Part shown: in pieces, positions 10,377 to 17,778 of the stretch
Layout of the letters: every line of letters starts with the position of its first letter
How positions within the stretch are numbered: position 1 is the stretch's first letter
Assembly (NCBI GenBank): GCA_963740315.1
Contig: CAVUDP010000002.1
Span: forward strand, 3,552,001 to 3,616,000
Direction: 5' to 3'
Origin: an uncultured cyanobacterium
Lineage (GTDB): Bacteria > Cyanobacteriota > Cyanobacteriia > Cyanobacteriales > Nostocaceae
DNA length: 64,000 bases
Translations under genes and position numbers: made by a program
The notes under the pieces: model-generated
Seen by the model: only the letters and a program-made list of their open reading frames with translations
Databases searched by the model: none
Told to the model about the DNA's origin: nothing

Positions 10377-11555
10377 ATGACGCTAATCTCTCGTATGGAG
10401 GCGGTACAATCGCCTATAATCCCTGTCGTTGGAGAATTAATCAAAAACTCTCCTGGAACTATATCTTTAGGACAAGGTGTTGTCTCTTATTCTCCACCAC
10501 AGTCAGCTATTGAATTTTTACCGCAATTCCTTGCCGAATCTTCAAATAATTTATATCAAGCTGTTGAGGGAATTCCCCCATTAATAAATACCCTAAAAGA
10601 AAAATTAGCAGCCTTTAACAATATCAAAATCAACGAAAATAACCGTATTATCGTTACCGCAGGAAGCAACATGGCGTTTATGAATGCCATTCTTGCAATT
10701 ACTTCCCTTGGCGATGAAGTGATTTTAAATACGCCATATTATTTCAATCACGAAATGGCGATCGCCATGACTGGGTGTCATCCAGTTTTGGTGGAAACCG
10801 ATGAAAATTATCAGCTACAACCGGATGCTATTCTTCAAGCAATTACCTCCAAAACGCGGGCAATTGTGACAATTTCACCCAACAATCCTACCGGAGCGGT
10901 TTATTCGCGAGGGTTATTACAGGAAGTTAACGATATTTGTCGGCAGCGAGGCATTTACCATATCAGCGATGAAGCTTACGAATATTTTACTTACGACGGT
11001 GTAAAACACGTTTCACCGGGTTCCTTTCCTGACAGCAGCGATTATACAATATCCTTATTTAGCCTTTCCAAAGCCTACGGTTTTGCAAGCTGGCGCATCG
11101 GATATATGGTGATTCCGCAACATCTACTTGCAGCAGTAAAAAAAGTTCAAGATACAAACTTAATTTGTCCACCTGTAATATCTCAATATGCAGCCAATGG
11201 TGCATTGCAAGCAAAACCAGAATATTTAAAAGATAATATCAGCGCGATCGCCGAAGTACGAAAAATAGTAGTTGAATCTCTCAAGCGTCTTGAAGATGTG
11301 TGTGCGATCGCTCCTGCAAATGGCGCTTTTTACTTTTTCTTAAAAGTACGCACTCAAATGGATGCTTTTGAATTAGTCAAACAACTGATCGACAAATATC
11401 AGGTAGCAGTACTTCCGGGAACTACCTTTGGAATGAATCAAGGTTGTTATTTACGTGTTGCTTACGGTGCGTTGCAAAAAGCAACCGCGAAACAAGGAAT
11501 TGAAAGATTGGTTTCGGGATTGAGAGATATAGTTAGGGCTGAAACATTGCAATAG
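10377..11555 (+). CDS. PLP-dependent aminotransferase class I/II
   Basis: SPNNPTG, SDEAY and SLSKAYGFASWRIGY (PLP lysine) motifs. Confidence 0.92.
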   Translation: MTLISRMEAVQSPIIPVVGELIKNSPGTISLGQGVVSYSPPQSAIEFLPQFLAESSNNLYQAVEGIPPLINTLKEKLAAFNNIKINENNRIIVTAGSNMAFMNAILAITSLGDEVILNTPYYFNHEMAIAMTGCHPVLVETDENYQLQPDAILQAITSKTRAIVTISPNNPTGAVYSRGLLQEVNDICRQRGIYHISDEAYEYFTYDGVKHVSPGSFPDSSDYTISLFSLSKAYGFASWRIGYMVIPQHLLAAVKKVQDTNLICPPVISQYAANGALQAKPEYLKDNISAIAEVRKIVVESLKRLEDVCAIAPANGAFYFFLKVRTQMDAFELVKQLIDKYQVAVLPGTTFGMNQGCYLRVAYGALQKATAKQGIERLVSGLRDIVRAETLQ

Positions 11556-11643
11556 TTAGAATTGCATCATTATTAATGCGTTATTAATGCGTTAAACTTA
11601 TAGACAATAATTAGGAAAATTTTACAATCTATAACTTTAAGCT

Positions 11644-11868
11644 ATGAGCTACCGAGACATTATTACTATTGAACCGGGCAAGCGTAGTGGCAAACCTTGT
11701 ATTAGGGGAATGAGGATAACGGTTTACGACGTTTTAGAGTATCTTGCAGCAGGAATGTCTCATCAGGAAATACTTGAAGATTTTCCGTATTTAAACGAAG
11801 ATGACATTCGCGCTTGCCTTAGTTACGCTGCTGACCGAGAAAAAGCATCGTTAGTTGTAAAAGCATGA
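11644..11868 (+). CDS. DUF433 antitoxin-like protein
   Basis: ITIEPGKRSGKPCIRGMRITVYDVLEYLA signature. Confidence 0.9.
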   Translation: MSYRDIITIEPGKRSGKPCIRGMRITVYDVLEYLAAGMSHQEILEDFPYLNEDDIRACLSYAADREKASLVVKA

Positions 11869-12197
11869 AATTGCTTTTCGATCATAATTTGTCCCCAAGC
11901 CTGGTTACTCGTCTGCGTGACCTTTATCCGGATTCAAATCATGTTTACCGTTTGGGGCTTGCTCAGTTTTCAGATACTGAAATTTGGGAATATGCGAAAA
12001 CAGAATTTTTCTTAATTGTCACAAAGGATGCCGACTTCAGTGATTTATCTCTGTTGCGTGGCTTTCCACCCAAAATCGTTTGGATTCGTCGAGGAAACTG
12101 CAAAACAGCAGATATTGAGACTATTTTGCGAAATCATTACGATGATATTGAGGAGTTAAATACCAGTGAAATGGTAGGTTTTCTGACATTGTTTTAA
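11865..12197 (+). CDS. DUF5615 PIN-like toxin (VapC45-like)
   Basis: MKLLFDHNLS...D.EIW.YA...IVTKDADF PIN acidic residues; ATGA overlap with the DUF433 gene. Confidence 0.88.
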   Translation: MKLLFDHNLSPSLVTRLRDLYPDSNHVYRLGLAQFSDTEIWEYAKTEFFLIVTKDADFSDLSLLRGFPPKIVWIRRGNCKTADIETILRNHYDDIEELNTSEMVGFLTLF

Positions 12198-12198
12198 A

Positions 12199-12312
12199 GT
12201 TTGGAAGCCAGACACAAGAAGTCTTCTAGGTCGTTTCCATGCTGGTAATTATCGACCTCAATCAGCCGAAAGTGTCATTGCAGAATTACGCCAGTCTTTA
12301 AACTTAGGCTAA
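12199..12312 (+). pseudogene. 3' relic of a small antitoxin-like gene
   Basis: Reads ...RFHAGNYRPQSAESVIAELRQSLNLG*, resembling from memory the C-termini of small cyanobacterial TA-associated proteins; no start codon. Confidence 0.35.
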
Positions 12313-12331
12313 ACCTGTAGAGGCAAATATA

Positions 12332-13039
12332 GTGTCAGTAATTGTTGATGCAATCAAACGAATAGCAGTCATCGCAAAACAGAGAAATTTTGTAAATCTA
12401 CCTGGGGACTTTGTGTCTAGTCATCCTCCATATCCTACTTACAAAAGTGTGATGCCCGCAGAGCTAAGCCTGGAGAATTCCAAATTAATTGATGAATTTT
12501 TTGATGGTTATCAACCACGCTTAACTTTGAAACAAATTGAAGAAATTGTTGAGCCATATCTTTTCAAATTACCTCAAGAAATTTACGATTTATATCAGAT
12601 TGGCAATGGTTGTTTGCCGATTGGTATTTCAGAGGAAGAGGATTGGAATTCCATTTATAATTACTTCAATTTCTTTAGCTTGGAAAATAAACTTTGGACT
12701 CTAGAGAATGCCATTAGTGCTTATTGCGATCTTCTGATTGACCGAAATCCTCGATTGTTACCTATCTGCGCTTATGAAGATGAATCAGTATTATGTGTGA
12801 TGGGAAGTAGCGAACCGCAGGAGACATCACCACTGGTCTGGACTTATTATGATAGCGGTTTAGATGATGACCCTTGTAACATGGAGATAGTTTGGTCGAA
12901 TCTGTCAAATATGATGCTTGCTTATGCTGAACTTTATGAAGCTTTATATCTAGGAAGCCTGACAGAAACGACAAAAGAAATAATTTATCAGAAATACAGT
13001 AGCGGTAGTGATTGGGGATTTTATAAATTTCCGTGCTGA
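12332..13039 (+). CDS. SMI1/KNR4 (SUKH)-like protein
   Basis: LTLKQIEEIVEPYLFKLPQEIYDLYQIGNG resembles the SUKH core motif; acidic protein. Confidence 0.55.
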   Translation: MSVIVDAIKRIAVIAKQRNFVNLPGDFVSSHPPYPTYKSVMPAELSLENSKLIDEFFDGYQPRLTLKQIEEIVEPYLFKLPQEIYDLYQIGNGCLPIGISEEEDWNSIYNYFNFFSLENKLWTLENAISAYCDLLIDRNPRLLPICAYEDESVLCVMGSSEPQETSPLVWTYYDSGLDDDPCNMEIVWSNLSNMMLAYAELYEALYLGSLTETTKEIIYQKYSSGSDWGFYKFPC

Positions 13040-13145
13040 TGTCTGGTTACTATTTCACTGCATACTGAGCGATTTGGCTTTTATAGTAGTTTTTATTGCC
13101 TAATGCCCCATCCCCAATTATCAATTACCAATTACCAATTACCAA

Positions 13146-13817
13146 TTACCAATCTAATTTTTCAAACTCTGGTTGCCCATAAATCATGTTTTCATCGATC
13201 GCGGAAAGGACTTTATTGTTAGTTTTTTCGGAATTTAAACTGCGACAAACTAATTGCGCTACATCTGCACGATGAATTGTACCAGCAATCTTGGGGTCTT
13301 CAGTTAATATTCCGTTTCCGGTAGCTGGTTCGGATTTTAATCCACCGGGACGAATTACTGTATAAGTTAATCCGCTATTTATTAAGTATTGTTCGGCTTT
13401 ATCTTTTTCTATTAAAACGGGCTTGAGTGTTTCTAGCGCTTGAGGAGGTATAGCATTTGCACTGTTTCCACTACCTATAGAAGAAACTAAAATAAACCTT
13501 TTTACACCTGCTTTGACTGCGGCATCAATGAGATTTTTATTGCCTAAATAATCAGCCCTTTCGCTGTCTTTGGGTACGCCTCCAATAGTGCTGATAACTG
13601 TATCAATGGGTTCTTCTCCCAAAATTGCCTTTTCAAGATCGTTTACATTTAAGGCATCTCCTATAACGACTTTGATACCCATTGCTGACAATTCCTGGCG
13701 TTTCTCTTCGCTTCTAAAAAACGCCTTGATTTTTAAATCTCGTGCAGTTAAACAATTGGCAATTTCTCTACCAACACCGCTACTTGCTCCAGCCAAAAAA
13801 ATATAACTAGCGATCAT
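13146..13817 (-). CDS. NAD(P)H-binding atypical SDR oxidoreductase
   Basis: AGASSGVG Rossmann motif; YTVIRPGGL; IHRADVA. Confidence 0.88.
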   Translation of the reverse strand: MIASYIFLAGASSGVGREIANCLTARDLKIKAFFRSEEKRQELSAMGIKVVIGDALNVNDLEKAILGEEPIDTVISTIGGVPKDSERADYLGNKNLIDAAVKAGVKRFILVSSIGSGNSANAIPPQALETLKPVLIEKDKAEQYLINSGLTYTVIRPGGLKSEPATGNGILTEDPKIAGTIHRADVAQLVCRSLNSEKTNNKVLSAIDENMIYGQPEFEKLDW

Positions 13818-14147
13818 AGATATTTTACCTAGTAGATGTTATTTAACATATCAACTATATCTTTTTTTCGGTTTATCTCAACTATCTAAAGTTGAAAATT
13901 TATAGTAGTTGCGAATTATTTTGGAAAATTCGACGAACCTGGTTTCTTTTGATAAATGGGGTTTCTAAACAGTTTTGCAAATCTTTTCAAATTTAAACAA
14001 ATTTAAACAAATTTAAAATCTATTCCTTAAAGATAAAAAAAATATGACTCCCGAAAGAGCAAACCTAAGTATAAATCGGGATAAATTTGTATCTAGTTCG
14101 ATATATGTGATTATCAGCGTTTTAAAAGCAAGACAGAGGGAAAATAT

Positions 14148-14441
14148 ATGAATAACGAACAAAAACAAGGTTTACCAGAAGATCCAGCTTTAGCGGAACC
14201 AGGAAAAGGTGCCCCAGGAAATAATCATAGTGCGGTACAGACAGCGCAAACAACCGATGTAAATCCACCTGATGCAATAATTCCATCTAACGCCCCTACG
14301 GAAGAGAGCAAGCAAGAAGTTGAAGCTCTAAAAGAGCAAGAAGAAGGAACAATGGATACTACCGATGGTTACATAATCGATGAAGCGGGTAAACTCGATA
14401 ACTTTGCGGTTGAGCCAAAAATGTATGTAGAAGATAAATAG
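14148..14441 (+). CDS. Small acidic hypothetical protein with C-terminal Psb34/Ssl1498-like motif
   Basis: GAGGG RBS; low-complexity hydrophilic body ending DGYIIDEAGKLDNFAVEPKMY. Confidence 0.65.
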   Translation: MNNEQKQGLPEDPALAEPGKGAPGNNHSAVQTAQTTDVNPPDAIIPSNAPTEESKQEVEALKEQEEGTMDTTDGYIIDEAGKLDNFAVEPKMYVEDK

Positions 14442-14498
14442 TCTTGAAAATCAAAGCCATATTTTTGTACGGCTTTTTGAAATCCAATGTAATATCTT

Positions 14499-14553
14499 TT
14501 GTAGAGACGTGAAATTATGCCTTCGACACATGAAGGCGATCGCGTCTCTATAT
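14499..14553. repeat. GTAGAGACG-type REP-like inverted repeat
   Basis: GTAGAGACG...CGTCTCTAT arms; related to the element at 29788-29813. Confidence 0.55.
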
Positions 14554-14605
14554 TTTTGGCATTTATTTTTGGCATCGCTTTTCTAAAAATTTATTAATAA
14601 AACTT

Positions 14606-14884
14606 ATGGATTTACAAGAAACGGAGGAAAAAAGCCAGAAAACTGGGAGAGTAGCCGCTACATCGGTAATTTGGGGAGTTAGCGCCGGAATGTTAGCGAT
14701 TTGTATCCCGCTGGTAATTGTGACAAAAACTGGTGCAATTTTACCTTTGGCTACGATTATAGGGGCAGCAGTTGCCACTTTTGCCGTATGGCGTGGAGAA
14801 AACAAGAATTCTCAAGTAAAACAGTTAGAAGAGAGAATCGCCTTTTTGGAAATCGCAACTACAGAGGATTCAGATAAAAGCTAG
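14606..14884 (+). CDS. Small membrane protein with coiled-coil tail
   Basis: Two hydrophobic helices followed by QVKQLEERIAFLE. Confidence 0.7.
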   Translation: MDLQETEEKSQKTGRVAATSVIWGVSAGMLAICIPLVIVTKTGAILPLATIIGAAVATFAVWRGENKNSQVKQLEERIAFLEIATTEDSDKS

Positions 14885-15180
14885 AAATAATCAAAAAAAA
14901 CTACACAAACTCTAAAGTTTCGCTATAATTTATTTCCACTATAAAAAAACCATCTTAAATCTGATTCATAAAAAAAGTACTCTGCTTAGGCTGCGTATAA
15001 TATGCATTATTATGCTACCGTAACTTTTAGACTACTGATTTAATTAGATTACCTGTATTACAGAAAAACTAAATTATTTTTACTTATGCTTTTTTTGATG
15101 GATGTTAATATTGACTTGATTAACGAGCAATAATTGCCTTGGTTTAAATTAATTTAACTATTCAAGATTGCGTTCAAGGT

Positions 15181-16935
15181 ATGGATTTAAACTCTATCAG
15201 CTTACTCAAAGCTCAACAAGCCGATTTTCTTGAGCGAATCAAAAAACCAAAGACTTATGACATCACTTTGCTCGAAAGTAATTTAAAAGGCTGTCATAGA
15301 GAATTTATGGCATTTTGGGGTGAAACATTGGAGCTACTCCTTGAAAATGCTCGCTTACAATCAGAAATTCTAGCTCTGAATCCGCCAGTAGTACCATCTG
15401 AATATCCTGACAATTCGGATTGGGTTATACCTTTTGAAACTTACTTTCAACATCAAGCTGAAGATTATTTGTTACGAGAATTAATTGCCCAAGAGGTAAT
15501 GAAAGGCTGTCTTGGTAAATTAGTCAAAAAGATACCCCAAGATCCTTTAGAAAATATAGATTTAGATGATGAAGGAAATCTACGAGGTGAAAGTAAATTT
15601 TCTTTTTTACTTGCAGGTAATCCCGAAGTAAAAATTCGAGTTTGCATTGCCGATTCCGAAAGTTTTAATAGTATAAAAAAAGATAAAGTACGTTGGACAA
15701 TTACTCAAGAAGATATAAATAATTACCAAATTATATTTTGTTTATGCTTATTTTATCCCGGTTCCGGACAAAGAGGATATGAAAAAGAAGCTTTAATTAG
15801 CGGCTTTTTACCAACTAATCAAATTGAATTTAACGGTTTACATACTCATGTAAAGCCAAGTAAATTACTGTATGCGGGAGGATTAGCTTGGTATTTAAAT
15901 CTACTTAAAAATAGACAAAGCCTGTTGAAGGAAGTTGATGATATTCAAAATAAAATAACTCCATCTCTTTCGCCAAGCCATCCCTTACAAAACATAATTG
16001 GTGAATGGGAATGTTCGCATACTTTAGTCGGACATATTAATGGGATTAACTGTATTGCTTTAATATCAAAAAACAAAAGTGATTCGCAATCTTTAATAGC
16101 CAGTGGAAGTCGAGGAGAAATAAAGCTTTGGGATTTAAACAAGGGTGACTTAATTACGACTTTATCAGAATACCCTTGGGTTCGTACCGAGATTGTCAAT
16201 GAAGTCAATTATTTAGCCTTTAGTCCCGATGGACAAACTTTAGCAAGTGGTGGGGCTGATTCTACTATTAAAATGTGGCATTTAGGCGCGAAAGACTTAA
16301 TTGATATCATGCATAAACATAACGGCATGGTGCGCTGCGTTGCCTTTACGCCGGATGGTAGGATGTTAGCTACAGGTGGTGACGATCGCAAAATTCAGTT
16401 TTGGGATATGATTGAGCGTCAAGTTTCTATGACGCTTTCTTTAGATGATACTGCGGCTCATTCCCTAATTTTTAGTAAAGATGGAAAAACTTTAATAACG
16501 GGAAGTTATCGCAAAATAAAAGTATGGCGCATTTCCAATAAACAAATACCTTGTATTGATACAAAATTAGAACTTTTTGTTACAGGTCATTCTCACATAG
16601 TTTCTTCCTTGGCGCTTAGTAAAGATGGGAAAATTCTTGTGAGTGCGAGTCGGGATAAAACAATTAAAATTTGGCATTTAAAAACAGGAGAATTGCTTCG
16701 TACTCTCAAAGGGCATGAAGATGGAGTATATGCAGTCGCGCTGAGTAAAGATGAGCAAATTATTGCTAGTGGAAGTGCCGATAAAACGATTAAATTATGG
16801 CATTTGGAAACGGGAGAATTATTAACTACTTTTATAGGTCATAGTAACACCGTAACTGCGGTAGCTTTTGCCGATAAAAGTACTTTGGTGAGTGGAAGTT
16901 TGGATAAAACAGTTAAAATTTGGCAGAGAAGTTAA
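15181..16935 (+). CDS. WD40-repeat protein with uncharacterised N-terminal domain
   Basis: About 7 WD repeats (GH...V..VA....ASGS.DKTIK.W) in the C-terminal half. Confidence 0.9.
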   Translation: MDLNSISLLKAQQADFLERIKKPKTYDITLLESNLKGCHREFMAFWGETLELLLENARLQSEILALNPPVVPSEYPDNSDWVIPFETYFQHQAEDYLLRELIAQEVMKGCLGKLVKKIPQDPLENIDLDDEGNLRGESKFSFLLAGNPEVKIRVCIADSESFNSIKKDKVRWTITQEDINNYQIIFCLCLFYPGSGQRGYEKEALISGFLPTNQIEFNGLHTHVKPSKLLYAGGLAWYLNLLKNRQSLLKEVDDIQNKITPSLSPSHPLQNIIGEWECSHTLVGHINGINCIALISKNKSDSQSLIASGSRGEIKLWDLNKGDLITTLSEYPWVRTEIVNEVNYLAFSPDGQTLASGGADSTIKMWHLGAKDLIDIMHKHNGMVRCVAFTPDGRMLATGGDDRKIQFWDMIERQVSMTLSLDDTAAHSLIFSKDGKTLITGSYRKIKVWRISNKQIPCIDTKLELFVTGHSHIVSSLALSKDGKILVSASRDKTIKIWHLKTGELLRTLKGHEDGVYAVALSKDEQIIASGSADKTIKLWHLETGELLTTFIGHSNTVTAVAFADKSTLVSGSLDKTVKIWQRS

Positions 16936-16937
16936 GG

Positions 16938-16991
16938 TTTGTAGTCAGGGCTTTAGCCCTTATTATCGAGGACTAAAGTCCTTACTACAAA
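16938..16991. repeat. REP-like doublet (GTAGT...ACTAC) between convergent genes
   Basis: TTTGTAGT cAGGGCTTTAGCCCT ... AGGACTAAAGTCCT tACTACAAA: two palindromic units in inverted orientation. Confidence 0.7.
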
Positions 16992-17408
16992 CTAATTAAA
17001 AATTTCTACTACTTTTGCAACGCCATTTTCCGAACGAATTTTTTCTCCTAAAATAGCAGCTTGTTTCTGTATCGATTGATTTTCAACTGCATTTGTTATT
17101 GCTTGAGCAAGAGAATCTACTGTCAAATTTTTTCGAGCGATCGTTGGTGTTACACCCAATTTAGCAGCTTGATATGCCCAAAATTGTTGGTCGCCAAAAA
17201 ATGGAATAATAACGGAAGGTACCCCAGCCCGAAAAGTTGCAGCAGAAGTTCCAGCACCACCATGATGAACTATGCAAGCCATTTGCGGAAATAACCAACT
17301 GTGGGGAATATTATCGATTTTAAAAATTTTGTTGGGTAAATCTGATTTTTTAATCCCACCCCAACCGGATAGAAAAATACCTATGAAGTTCAGTTTTGGC
17401 TAATGCTC
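16992..17408 (-). pseudogene. 5'-truncated GT1/GT28-type glycosyltransferase
   Basis: Frame reads GIFLSGWGG...IPHSWLFPQMACIVHHGGAGT...PFFGDQ (UDP-sugar-binding C-domain); frameshift near 17383 and the N-terminal domain is missing. Confidence 0.8.
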
Positions 17409-17421
17409 AATTCAGCAATTT

Positions 17422-17618
17422 CGGCAACAAACAATGCGGACTGCGCTTCGGAGATGTAAAATTTGATATCTATATTGGTAAAATCAGATTTGGCGATCGA
17501 GAATACGATATACGTTTTTCATGTTGGTAAAGATTTATCCGAAGTTTTGCTTGGTTGTCAGTGGTTGCAAAATATGCGTTTGATAGTGGATATTTCCTCA
17601 GATGTATTAACTTTGTAG
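17422..17618 (+). pseudogene. 3' relic of a cyanobacterial clan AA aspartyl-protease-like gene
   Basis: Across two frameshifts: QQTMRTA / GDVKFDIYIGKIRFGDREYDI / HVGKDLSEVLLGCQWLQNMRLIVDISSDVLTL*; the catalytic DTG half is absent. Confidence 0.6.
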
Positions 17619-17778
17619 ATATTATTTCCGTTTCATGAAAGAGTTAAAACTCTTACTACGAAATAATAATTGGCTTTATGATAATAGCGATCGCCTTTCC
17701 CGTAGTGTCGCAACTGAACGCTATTACTAAACTTACCTAAACCCCACCAAATTAACGGGAGATTGGGGGATTTCAATT

